The notes: generated from the sequence alone by a model not told the origin. A stretch of 64,000 bases of DNA from Thermodesulfobacteriota bacterium (GCA_051748085.1 JBNJHA010000003.1:8227-72226), one strand, 5' to 3'; positions 40,676 through 50,020 are shown, counted from the first letter of the stretch. Translations and numbers: made by a program.

Positions 40676-43416
40676 TTGTCCAGGAATTTTCCGGTAACAG
40701 AATTCGGATTGTTTTTTATCTGTTCGGGCGATCCTTCAGCAACTATTTCCCCACCGTATTCTCCCCCGCCTGGGCCTAGATCCAGTATGTAATCAGCGCT
40801 GAAGACCACATCCAGGTTGTGTTCGATGACCACTACCGTGGCCCCTTTATCCACGAGCTGGTTCAGTACCTGAATAAGTTTGCCCACTTCATGCATGTGC
40901 AGGCCTGTGGTCGGTTCGTCCAATATGTATATCGCTCCGGGCAGGCTTCTTTTGCCGAGTTCCCGCGATATTTTTATCCGTTGCGCCTCGCCGCCGGACA
41001 GGGTTGTCGCCGGCTGTCCGAGTTTCAGATATTCCAGTCCGACCTGTTTCAGGATGTCAAGTCTTCGTTTTAATAATGGATATTTATCAAAAAAATCGGA
41101 TGCCTGGCGGACTGTCATGTCCAGGACCCGGGAAATATTTTTTCCTTTGTATTCAATTTCCAGTGTCTCGCGATTATATCGTTTCCCCTTGCAGACTTCA
41201 CAGGTGACGAACACATCGGGCAGGAAATGCATCTCCACCCGTATCTGACCGTCGCCGCCACAGGCTTCGCATCGACCGCCGCGGACGTTAAAACTGAATC
41301 TCCCCGGTTTGTATCCCCTTTTTCGGGCTTCTTTGGTTCCGGCGAAAATTTTTCTTATCTCATCAAATATCTTGGTATATGTAGCCGGATTTGAACGGGG
41401 AGTTCTGCCGATTGGACTTTGGTCGATGGAAATGACTTTTTCGATTTGCTCAGTTCCCTGTATGTCGGCTATAAGTCCTGGATCGTCGACACGAATTCCC
41501 TGTTTTAAAGCTAAATGTTTGTACAGGGAGTCAACAATAAGTGAGCTTTTGCCGGATCCGGAAACGCCGGTTACCACGGTCAGGCATTGCAGAGGGATGC
41601 GGCAGTTGATGTTTTTCAGGTTATTGGTACGGACCTGTTTTAATCTCAAAAAATCGGATGCTTTTCTACGCGCTTTTGGTCTTGGTATGCTGAGCTCGCC
41701 TCGTAAATATTTTCCGGTAAGAGAATCAGCCTTGTTTTTAAGACCTCCGACATCTCCGGAATACATTATTTCTCCGCCCAGGGCGCCGGAGCCCGGACCC
41801 AGTTCCAGAACATGATCGGCGCTGAGTATCGTGTCCTGGTCGTGCTCAACCACGAGAACGGTGTTCCCCCGTTCGCGAAGGCTGCTAAGGGCTTCCAGCA
41901 GACGATGGTTGTCCCTGGGATGCAGTCCGATGCTCGGTTCATCAAGCACATAGGTCACTCCAACCAACCCTGATCCCAACTGTCCCGCCAGTCTGATTCT
42001 CTGGGCCTCGCCTCCGGAAAGTGTGGCCATGTTCCGGGCCAGATTGAGATAATCCAGTCCGACACGGGATAGAAATTTCAAACGATGTTTGAGTTCGGTA
42101 ACAAGCGGTGCCGCTATCGTGGATGAAAAGCCGGAAAATTTCAATGTCGATACCCAGTTCAGGGCTTTGTCCACGGACATGTTCACAAAATTAAAAATGT
42201 TTACATCCTGAACATATACAGCCAGGGCCTCCGGTTTCAGGCGCGCTCCCTTGCATTCAGGGCAAGGTCTGCTCTGGCGGAATCTGGATAACTCATCCCT
42301 CCAGGCGAACCCTATTTCAAATCCCTGTTTGAGGATATGTACAATACCTTCCCAAGCGAGTTCCCCGTCCCCGTAAAACAAAGCATCATGGGCCGTGGAA
42401 GAAAATTCGCGCAATGGTGTATCTAATTCAAAATTATATTTTTGCGCGAGCGGTTTCAGGCGGGGCAGAAACTTTTGCAGCGTTCCTTTTTTTTTCAGGG
42501 GTATGATTGCTCCCTGTTCCAGGCTTAATCCCTTGTTCGGGGCTATAAGCCGGGGATCGAAATACTCTACGCTGCCAATGCCGGAGCAATATGGGCAGGC
42601 GCCCTGGGGACTGTTGAAAGAAAAAAGCTGTGGTTCGGGCCTGGGCATGGAAAGGTTGCATTCGGGGCATACGGCAGCTGTGCTTAGGAAAAATTCTTCT
42701 CCGTCCACTATTTTGATTTTCAGTTTTTCATCCCCCAGGGACAGGGCCAGTTCAACAGAATCAGCCAGGCGTTTGCGGATTTTTTCTTTTATTATCAGCC
42801 TGTCGATGACCAGATCAATGTTGTGCTTTTTCTTTGGATTGAGTGCGGGTATTGACTCCAGGGAGAATATCTCTCCATCTATACGGACGCGGACAAACCC
42901 CTGGGCTTTGAATCTTTTTAAAAGTTCTTTATGCGCTCCCTTTTTGTTTTCGGTTATCGGAGCAAGGAGCATGAATTTGGTGCCTTCTTTTATTTCCAGA
43001 ATACGCTCGATTATCTGATCCTGGGTTTGGGCCTGGACCGGAAGCCGGCAGTTCGGACAAAAAGGAGTCCCCAGCCGGGCGAAGAAGACCCGCAGAAAGT
43101 CGTAGATTTCAGTGACGGTACCCACGGTTGAGCGGGGATTTTTGGCGATGGTCTGCTGTTCCAGGGAAATGGCCGGGGACAAACCCTGTATGCTTTCCAC
43201 CTTGGGCTTGTCCATTTGCGGTAAAAATTGCCGGGCATAGGCGGAGAGTGATTCCACATATCTGCGTTGACCTTCGGCATAAACAATGTCAAAGGCCAGG
43301 GTTGATTTTCCGGAACCCGACGGGCCGCAGACAACCACCAGTTGATTGCGGGGCAGGTCAATGCTGATATCTTTCAGATTGTGGTGCCTGGCGCCCTTTA
43401 TCTGGATTATTTCCAT
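40669..43416 (-). CDS. uvrA: excinuclease ABC subunit A
   Basis: I moved the start to MEIIQIKGARHHNLK. It has two ABC modules (GPSGSGKS, GVSGSGKS; LSGGEAQRI twice) and zinc-finger Cys clusters. Confidence 0.97.
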   Translation of the reverse strand: MEIIQIKGARHHNLKDISIDLPRNQLVVVCGPSGSGKSTLAFDIVYAEGQRRYVESLSAYARQFLPQMDKPKVESIQGLSPAISLEQQTIAKNPRSTVGTVTEIYDFLRVFFARLGTPFCPNCRLPVQAQTQDQIIERILEIKEGTKFMLLAPITENKKGAHKELLKRFKAQGFVRVRIDGEIFSLESIPALNPKKKHNIDLVIDRLIIKEKIRKRLADSVELALSLGDEKLKIKIVDGEEFFLSTAAVCPECNLSMPRPEPQLFSFNSPQGACPYCSGIGSVEYFDPRLIAPNKGLSLEQGAIIPLKKKGTLQKFLPRLKPLAQKYNFELDTPLREFSSTAHDALFYGDGELAWEGIVHILKQGFEIGFAWRDELSRFRQSRPCPECKGARLKPEALAVYVQDVNIFNFVNMSVDKALNWVSTLKFSGFSSTIAAPLVTELKHRLKFLSRVGLDYLNLARNMATLSGGEAQRIRLAGQLGSGLVGVTYVLDEPSIGLHPRDNHRLLEALSSLRERGNTVLVVEHDQDTILSADHVLELGPGSGALGGEIMYSGDVGGLKNKADSLTGKYLRGELSIPRPKARRKASDFLRLKQVRTNNLKNINCRIPLQCLTVVTGVSGSGKSSLIVDSLYKHLALKQGIRVDDPGLIADIQGTEQIEKVISIDQSPIGRTPRSNPATYTKIFDEIRKIFAGTKEARKRGYKPGRFSFNVRGGRCEACGGDGQIRVEMHFLPDVFVTCEVCKGKRYNRETLEIEYKGKNISRVLDMTVRQASDFFDKYPLLKRRLDILKQVGLEYLKLGQPATTLSGGEAQRIKISRELGKRSLPGAIYILDEPTTGLHMHEVGKLIQVLNQLVDKGATVVVIEHNLDVVFSADYILDLGPGGGEYGGEIVAEGSPEQIKNNPNSVTGKFLDNY

Positions 43417-43417
43417 C

Positions 43418-44596
43418 TCAAGCGCTTTCCAGATTTTGTCCGAGTTGCAAATAGAAGGTCGTGCCCTGTTCAGGCGAGGATTCGAACCAGACATGGCCTT
43501 TTAAATATTCCCGGGAAAAAAGTCGAATGCTGTAAGTCCCGAGCCCCCGACCGCTGCCCTTGGTTGAAAATGACCTCTTGAATATTTGCGATTTGGCCTT
43601 TTCATTCATCGCCGCGTTGTTGTGCACGTAAAAAACAATGTTTTTGTCGTGTTGTTCAGCCCCGATGCTTACAGTCTGGCCCTGTTTCGAGGCCTCCAAT
43701 GCATTTTTCAGCATGTTTCCAAGTATGCGGGAAAGTATTTTCGGATCGGTTTGAAGGTGCAGTGCCGGGTCTGTGGGTAAAATTTTTATTTCTTTGTTTT
43801 CAGCCACTAAGTGCCCGGAATATAAGTTATGAACATCTTTGAGTGTTTCCAGTGCGTTTATTGTCTGCATGTGCAGTTCCAGGGCATTTTTTTCAGCGGC
43901 CATAAGGTCTTTTTGACTTTGAATCTGTTCAATTATGGATTCACATTGCTTTAAGGCCATGTCAGACATTTCCTTGTTTTCGCCCTCGGTTTCCTGGGCC
44001 AGGATTTGCATTATCCCGTAAATTCCGCCAATGCTGTTTAAAATATCGTGAAAAAAGACGCGTTCCAGTATTTCCCTGCGTTTCTGGTGACTTATGTCTG
44101 TGAGATGGAAGGTCGAAAAACGGCTGCCGTTAATAGTCAGTGGAGTGGTATTGATGCGCAGATCAAGCGCTTCCGTGCTGCCGTCTTTTTTACGCAGTAT
44201 GCGGCATTCCTGGAGATCCTTGTCCCCAGCCAGGCTGTTTAGGATGGCGTTGACCGCCCCGCAATATCGGCAGAATTTCGTTGTTCCGCAACCCAGATTG
44301 CTGTTCAGGGCGTGTACGCAACCCAGTATTTCTCCCGGGCGACTTCCGAGAAGCTCCTCTAAACTTTTGCCGGTGATTTCGGCCAGGGCTGAATTGGCGA
44401 AAACAAGCTGGCGCTTGTCATTTAAAATAAGCAGGATGTCCGGTACCGCATCCAAAACGGAAGAGGCCCGGGCGGAAGAAAGAAACAAGTCTTTTTGTTT
44501 TTTTATTTTTTCAAGGTTGTCGGTTTCAGCGGAAGCAAAATAAGTCTCTTCCTGCATCGGTTCAGTATCTTGGAGTTGGTGGTCTTTAATATTCAT
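43418..44596 (-). CDS. PAS-domain sensor histidine kinase (orphan, cytoplasmic)
   Basis: It has a PAS region containing four Cys, the H-box-like FFHDILNSIGG, and the HATPase motifs NMLKNALEA and GRGLGTYS. Its stop codon is 1 nt from the uvrA ATG. Confidence 0.8.
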   Translation of the reverse strand: MNIKDHQLQDTEPMQEETYFASAETDNLEKIKKQKDLFLSSARASSVLDAVPDILLILNDKRQLVFANSALAEITGKSLEELLGSRPGEILGCVHALNSNLGCGTTKFCRYCGAVNAILNSLAGDKDLQECRILRKKDGSTEALDLRINTTPLTINGSRFSTFHLTDISHQKRREILERVFFHDILNSIGGIYGIMQILAQETEGENKEMSDMALKQCESIIEQIQSQKDLMAAEKNALELHMQTINALETLKDVHNLYSGHLVAENKEIKILPTDPALHLQTDPKILSRILGNMLKNALEASKQGQTVSIGAEQHDKNIVFYVHNNAAMNEKAKSQIFKRSFSTKGSGRGLGTYSIRLFSREYLKGHVWFESSPEQGTTFYLQLGQNLESA

Positions 44597-44665
44597 TGTC
44601 TTTTTGTCAGGTTTAGATTTTAAAACAATTGTTCCCTAGGTTTTTAGGCCCTTCAACGACCGGTG

Positions 44666-44692
44666 AACTTTTTAATGTAGTGAATAGTTACA
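44666..44692 (+). repeat. REP-like palindrome family, T-run plus right arm; 27-nt identical to 18834-18860
   Basis: AACTTTTTAATGTAGTGAATAGTTACA lies 70-96 nt upstream of the PAS-kinase start on the opposite strand. Confidence 0.7.
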
Positions 44693-44713
44693 AATGGACA
44701 GTAAAAAATTTTA

Positions 44714-45033
44714 GGCTTAATTGTTGCGAGATGCAAGCATGAGTTGTCTGGTCTTTATCCGGACCGGAAATTGATTTAAACTTACGAGTGTATTTTATTA
44801 GGCGCGGAGCATACGGACAAGGGAACCGTACCGAGGTTGTTGGTTTTGTCATGTCTTAGGGCTGGTTGACCGACCTGTGTTTACAGTTTATTTTTTATAC
44901 TTTGTGTGAGCATGGCCATAATCGGTTCCCCCTCCCCCCCCTTTTTGGCGAGGGCAGGAAAACATGCGAATCTTTCGTCAGGGGCATCATAAAGGATCAT
45001 TTGAATAAAATTTACATGCAACATCGGGAAGTC
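44714..45033 (+). mobile_element. MITE-like element, diverged copy B
   Basis: The 3' ~130 bp (44901-45033) aligns clearly with copies A and C (TTGGCGAGGGCAGGAAAA.ATGCGAA.CTTTCGTCAGG...AAAGGATCA...GAATAAAA). The 5' part shows only patchy matches (GGCTT.., ATGCA, GAGTT, GTATTTTATTAGGC). The flanking 8-mers match only 4/8. Confidence 0.5.
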
Positions 45034-45077
45034 AGAATATTCCGGATGTAAATTGTATAAAAGGGCTTAAGAAGATA

Positions 45078-47387
45078 ATGGTCAGGATGGAATTCATCAT
45101 AAACGGACAGGTTCAGGGGGTAGGATTCCGGCCTTTTGTTTATCGCAAGGCCTTGTCACATGCCTTGACTGGTTTTGTCTTGAATAATTCCCGCGGAGTG
45201 CAGATTGAGGTGCAAGGAACCGGGCCTAAAGTGGATAAATTTTTGCGGACGTTGCAAGACGACTTGCCTCCTTTGGCCAGAATTATTCGTTTGGAGAGCA
45301 GGCAAATCGAGGTTGTCGGGGATGAGCGGGAATTCGTGATTGCCGAGAGTTCTGTTCAGAAAGGGCATCAGGTTTTGATAAGCCCTGATGTTTGCACCTG
45401 CGAGGATTGTCAGCATGAACTTTTTGACACTAGTAATTTCCGCTATCTTTATCCGTTTATAAATTGTACTAATTGCGGCCCACGATACACCATAACCGGG
45501 TCCATTCCTTACGATAGAAAACAAACCTCAATGGCCTGTTTCCCCATGTGCGATACCTGTCGAAGTGAATATAATGATCCGCTTGACCGTAGATTTCACG
45601 CCCAACCCAATGCGTGCCCCGAATGTGGTCCGGAAGTATGGCTGACAGACAGTATGGGGCGAAAAGTGGATATGCAAATCAACCCTCTTGATCTGGCGGC
45701 CGAGCTTCTGCAGAAAGGCCGTGTTCTGGCAGTAAAAGGGTTGGGAGGTTTTCATCTGGCCTGCGACGCCGCCAATGATGAAGCTCTTATAAAATTGCGG
45801 GACAGGAAAAAACGTTTTGGGAAATCCCTGGCGATCATGGTCCAACACGTGCGCCATGCTGAATATTTTGCCCATATAAGCGCGGAGGAAAAGGAGTTAT
45901 TGACCGGCGTACAGCGGCCGATAGTGGTCCTGCGCAAAAAAAATGTTCCCGGACTCAGTACGTATATAGCTCCGGATACGAATAATGTGGGAATCATGCT
46001 CCCGTATACTCCGCTTCATTTTGTGCTTTTTAAATTTTTGCAGGAGCGGGCAGGCGAGGCCAATCATCCGCCGGCTTTGGTCATGACCTCCGGGAATTCC
46101 AGTTCCGAACCCATTTGCCTGGGTAATCGGGAGGCATTGAAAAGACTGGCGCATATTGCCGACAATTTTGTTTTACACAATCGCGATATCCTGGTCCGGT
46201 GTGACGACTCTGTTGTCTTTTCCCGTTCGGGCAAAAGCGGCTTTTATCGCCGGGCGCGGGGCTATACGCCGAGCCCCGTATTCCTGCCCCGGGCAGGGGA
46301 AATTGTTTTGGGCACGGGCCCGGAACTTAAGGATACGCTATGTCTTACCAAGGGAGACCAGGCATTCGTGTCCCAGCACATCGGCGACCTTAAGAATTTA
46401 AAAAGTTATGATTTTTTTGTCGAATTGGCAAATCACATGCAGGGAATTCTGCAGGCCGTGCCCAAGGCCATTGTCTGCGATCTGCACCCGGATTATTTAA
46501 GCTCGCGCTTTGCAAGGGAACAGAACGAACTTCCGGTGTTCACCCTGCAGCATCACTTTGCCCATATCCACGCGGCAATGGCCGAAAACCGGTTTGAAGG
46601 GCAGTGTCTGGGGCTGGCTCTGGACGGAACCGGGCTTGGGAATGACGGCACAATATGGGGCGGAGAGCTTTTGCTGGTCGATTCCATTAATCTGGAGCAG
46701 TCAAGAATAGGATCTTTTTCTCCCGTTTCCATGCCTGGCGGAGAAATGGCGGTTCAAGAGCCCTGGAGAATGGCCAAATCCTTTTTGTTCAGCCTGAACA
46801 TGGATTGTCCGGTCCCCTGGAAAGCGGAATTTGAATATGCAGATTCAATGCTTGAATCTGTTCTGGAAAAAAGTATAAATTGCCCCAGAACAAGCAGCTG
46901 CGGGCGCCTTTTTGACGCTGTATCCGCCTTGCTCGGCCTTGTCTGCTGCATTGATTATGAAGGTCAGGCCGCTATTTTACTGGAGAAGATTCAGGATTTG
47001 AGCGAAAAAGAGGCCTATCCCTCTGCTTGTTTCCAACGTAATGATTTTCTTTATTTTGACAGCCAGGGATTATTTGCCTCGGTAGTAGAGGACGTAAAAA
47101 AAGGCACGGATAAGGCGGTTGTCAGTCGCCGTTTTCATCTTGGACTGGCCAGGGGGTTGGCTGAATGGGCGCACGAGGCATCTGTGAAAACAGGCATTCG
47201 GGATGTAGCGTTGAGTGGAGGAGTCATGCAGAATTTGACCATGCTTGAGTTGTTGCCAATTTTTCTGGCGGAAAAGGGACTTCGTTCCATGGTTCATTCT
47301 AGGCTGCCGGCCAACGACGGCTGCATTTCACTCGGGCAGGCAGTGTACGGTCAGCGTTTGCTGGAAATTCGGAAACAGGAATTTTAA
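45078..47387 (+). CDS. hypF: [NiFe]-hydrogenase maturation carbamoyltransferase HypF
   Basis: It has an acylphosphatase domain (GQVQGVGFRPFVY), two CxxC-x18-CxxC zinc fingers, a YrdC-like domain (KGLGGFHLACDA) and a Kae1-like C-terminal domain. Confidence 0.95.
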   Translation: MVRMEFIINGQVQGVGFRPFVYRKALSHALTGFVLNNSRGVQIEVQGTGPKVDKFLRTLQDDLPPLARIIRLESRQIEVVGDEREFVIAESSVQKGHQVLISPDVCTCEDCQHELFDTSNFRYLYPFINCTNCGPRYTITGSIPYDRKQTSMACFPMCDTCRSEYNDPLDRRFHAQPNACPECGPEVWLTDSMGRKVDMQINPLDLAAELLQKGRVLAVKGLGGFHLACDAANDEALIKLRDRKKRFGKSLAIMVQHVRHAEYFAHISAEEKELLTGVQRPIVVLRKKNVPGLSTYIAPDTNNVGIMLPYTPLHFVLFKFLQERAGEANHPPALVMTSGNSSSEPICLGNREALKRLAHIADNFVLHNRDILVRCDDSVVFSRSGKSGFYRRARGYTPSPVFLPRAGEIVLGTGPELKDTLCLTKGDQAFVSQHIGDLKNLKSYDFFVELANHMQGILQAVPKAIVCDLHPDYLSSRFAREQNELPVFTLQHHFAHIHAAMAENRFEGQCLGLALDGTGLGNDGTIWGGELLLVDSINLEQSRIGSFSPVSMPGGEMAVQEPWRMAKSFLFSLNMDCPVPWKAEFEYADSMLESVLEKSINCPRTSSCGRLFDAVSALLGLVCCIDYEGQAAILLEKIQDLSEKEAYPSACFQRNDFLYFDSQGLFASVVEDVKKGTDKAVVSRRFHLGLARGLAEWAHEASVKTGIRDVALSGGVMQNLTMLELLPIFLAEKGLRSMVHSRLPANDGCISLGQAVYGQRLLEIRKQEF

Positions 47388-47411
47388 AATCCGTTATCGG
47401 TTTTGGATATA

Positions 47412-48959
47412 ATGACGAGCACTTTAGTCATAAATTTGACGCGATTTGGAGATCTTCTCCAGACGCAGCCGGTGATCAGCGCTTTAAAAAAAAATGGTCA
47501 AGCCACCGGTCTGGTCTGTTTGGAAAATTTTGCCTCGGCAACCGATCTGCTTGCAGGAGTGGATCATACATTTCCTTTGCCCGGAGCCCGTTTTTTGCGT
47601 GAGTTGGATGAATCCTGGATCAAAACGGTTGCCACTCTTTTTGACTGGGTTGATTCGATAGAAAGACAAAATGAATGGGGCGGGTTGTTAAATCTTACTG
47701 CTTCGCTCAGCTCAAAAATGCTTGGCAGGCTTATCCCGGTTGAGGACAAAGAAGGTTTTTTTGTTGATGAATATGGATTCGGCCAATTTTCCAATAAATG
47801 GGCTATTTATCTTGAAGCTTCTTCCGGCGTGCGTGGGAGCAGTCCTTTTAATCTAGTGGATGTTTTTTTACGGGTGGCGGGTATTAACGATCATCAGCCC
47901 GAATATGTTCTCAACCGGCCCGATATGGATATGCAGCATCGCCTTGGATGTATTCTGGAACAGAAAAAGCCTGGCGGATGCCGGGGATATATAGGCTTTC
48001 AGCTTGGGGCCAGTGCGGATAAGAGACGTTGGGCCCTGGAAAATTTTGCGCGATTGGGCCGGTTTATTTGGGAAAATACCGGCCTTTGCCCCGTGTTGCT
48101 GGGATCTGCGGAGGAAACCGGTCTGGCGGAGCGGTATCTTCAATTGACCTCGGCTCCGGCAATAAACTTGGTCGGTCGGACAAATCTTAAGGAACTGGCC
48201 GCCACGTTAATCCATATTCGCCTGTTGGTGACCAACGATACTGGAACCATGCATCTTGCAGCCGGGCTAAAGGTGCCCGTCCTGGCTTTTTTTCTGGCCA
48301 CTGCGCAGCCCTGGGATACCGGGCCGTATATGGAAAATGCGCTTTGTCTTGAGCCGGATCTGGACTGCCATCCATGCCCCTTTGATAATGCATGTTCCAA
48401 TAATTATGCATGCAGAAAAGTTATTCAGCCGCAATTGGTATTTGAATATATAAACGAATATCTTCAATCCGGAATATGGCCGATTGCCCCCAAAAATGGT
48501 TCCAGGGTCTGGCTTACAGTGAAAAGACGCGGGCTTATGGATCTGGAGAGCAGATGCCTGGACGGAGAGGATGATCGTAGCAGGTGGATGCGAATTCAAC
48601 GGCGTGTTTACTCTGCTTTTCTTGATGACCGTTCTCCTGAAATACGCGATCTTGTAAGCCCTTCTCTTCCTTTTATGGAAGAAGTTCGAAAGGAAGCGGA
48701 GAGTCTTTGTTCCGTTTTTGAACTGCTGCGTACGCGGGGAACAATGCTGCTGCGCGATTCGCGGCCTCAACTCCGGAAAAAGTTTATGCATGATTGGCAT
48801 CAAACGGGAATAATGCTTGATAACAGCAAAATTTTCACCACCTTATCTTTATTGTGGAAAGTTCATTCACAGGATTCAGGACAGGATATACACGATTTTT
48901 TAAAGGTTTGCCGGAGCTATGAGTGGCTTTTGTCTCTTTTTGGCACTAAATTTGAATAA
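47412..48959 (+). CDS. GT9-like glycosyltransferase with a ~170-aa C-terminal extension
   Basis: INLTRFGDLLQ and TNDTGTMHLAAGLKVPV are present. I used the ATG at 47412; the ORF-track start at 47403 is a TTG. Confidence 0.7.
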   Translation: MTSTLVINLTRFGDLLQTQPVISALKKNGQATGLVCLENFASATDLLAGVDHTFPLPGARFLRELDESWIKTVATLFDWVDSIERQNEWGGLLNLTASLSSKMLGRLIPVEDKEGFFVDEYGFGQFSNKWAIYLEASSGVRGSSPFNLVDVFLRVAGINDHQPEYVLNRPDMDMQHRLGCILEQKKPGGCRGYIGFQLGASADKRRWALENFARLGRFIWENTGLCPVLLGSAEETGLAERYLQLTSAPAINLVGRTNLKELAATLIHIRLLVTNDTGTMHLAAGLKVPVLAFFLATAQPWDTGPYMENALCLEPDLDCHPCPFDNACSNNYACRKVIQPQLVFEYINEYLQSGIWPIAPKNGSRVWLTVKRRGLMDLESRCLDGEDDRSRWMRIQRRVYSAFLDDRSPEIRDLVSPSLPFMEEVRKEAESLCSVFELLRTRGTMLLRDSRPQLRKKFMHDWHQTGIMLDNSKIFTTLSLLWKVHSQDSGQDIHDFLKVCRSYEWLLSLFGTKFE

Positions 48960-49006
48960 AGTTGATCGAGCGGATGATACAAGGAAATTTATACAGGAGG
49001 AAGAAT

Positions 49007-49621
49007 ATGATTATCATCGACGGTCAACAAAGCGATTTCAGCATTGGCAAGTATGAAAATTTGGAAGATGTCCTGGTTAAAATCATGGAAGATGGTCAGA
49101 TCGGCGATCGGGTGGTAACGGATGTTTTGGTGAACAATGAAAATTTTTCCGAGATTTATCCGCATCAGGCCGAGGATATGGAAACCGGAGAAATTGAAAA
49201 ATTGGAGATAAAAACAGTTGCCGCTTCGGATATGGCCGTTAATATAACCAGGGAGCTTTATAAAGTTCTTAATCTGATGGGCAAAGGAGGCGGTCAGGTA
49301 GCGGAACTTTTTCGGGTAGCCGATGATGCCGAGGCCTTGGATATGTATCAGGATCTTTTGGAGGTCACCCGGGATTTCCTGGGGATGGTCGGTACATTGC
49401 GTGATCAGTTTCGATTGAAGTCCGGGGCGGAATTTGATGCCAAAGTGCAAAGGCTGTCGGAACTTTTTTCCGAGATGATTGAAGTACAGGAAAACGAAGA
49501 TTATGTGCTTCTGTCCGATTTGATCGAGTATGAATATTTGCCGCATGTGGAAGAATGGAAGGCCGAGGTTGCCGGGCTGCGTAAGCAACTAAAGCAGGTG
49601 GTTCATGATGAATACAACTAA
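49007..49621 (+). CDS. hypothetical acidic protein (204 aa)
   Basis: I chose the ATG at 49007 because an AGGAGG lies 6 nt upstream. The composition is protein-like and helical/acidic, and the opposite-strand ORF looks like junk. I recognise no family. Confidence 0.6.
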   Translation: MIIIDGQQSDFSIGKYENLEDVLVKIMEDGQIGDRVVTDVLVNNENFSEIYPHQAEDMETGEIEKLEIKTVAASDMAVNITRELYKVLNLMGKGGGQVAELFRVADDAEALDMYQDLLEVTRDFLGMVGTLRDQFRLKSGAEFDAKVQRLSELFSEMIEVQENEDYVLLSDLIEYEYLPHVEEWKAEVAGLRKQLKQVVHDEYN

Positions 49622-49970
49622 TACCTTTTCCCATTCCTGTCTTGACAAGGCTTACGACCTGCAGCTCGAGGAATTGTCTCTGCTCGAGGAAGAGGATATA
49701 TCGGGAGCCAACCAGGTCGCCATGAAGCGAGAGTCAGTTTTGCATTCTGACCTGCCGGACGAAATTAATAATTCAGAGCCGAAAGAATTGGTAAACAAGA
49801 TAAGAAAGCTGCAGGAATTGCAGAATCAAATTTCAGGCATGGCCCGCAAATTGCGGGATGATCTGCAGGATGAGCTGATTCGCGTTCGTTCCGAAAATAC
49901 AAGATTTCAAGGGTATAAACAGGCCTCCAAATTGACGCCATTGGTGAACAGGTTCAGTAGACGCGGTTGA
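49605..49970 (+). CDS. hypothetical coiled-coil protein (121 aa)
   Basis: It overlaps the upstream gene by 17 nt, has an AGGTGG SD, and is followed by a strong terminator. I recognise no family. Confidence 0.55.
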   Translation: MMNTTNTFSHSCLDKAYDLQLEELSLLEEEDISGANQVAMKRESVLHSDLPDEINNSEPKELVNKIRKLQELQNQISGMARKLRDDLQDELIRVRSENTRFQGYKQASKLTPLVNRFSRRG

Positions 49971-49994
49971 AATTCGGGATGTTTTTTCGGGAGA

Positions 49995-50020
49995 CAAAAG
50001 CCGGCTTTTGCCGGCTTTTG
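49995..50020 (+). terminator. rho-independent terminator
   Basis: CAAAAGCCGGC pairs with GCCGGCTTTTG as an 11-bp stem with a TTTT loop, followed by CCGTTTT. Confidence 0.75.

Noticed and set aside
43465-43485. GGATTCGAACC, which resembles the reverse complement of a tRNA T-arm
   Set aside because: It lies inside the kinase coding frame, where it encodes WFESSP. No acceptor or anticodon arms can be drawn around it.
48989-49588. 199-aa minus-strand ORF opposite the 204-aa hypothetical gene
   Set aside because: The plus-strand frame has a strong SD, a protein-like acidic helical composition, and translational coupling to its neighbours. The minus-strand peptide is rich in aromatic and basic residues and has no start context.
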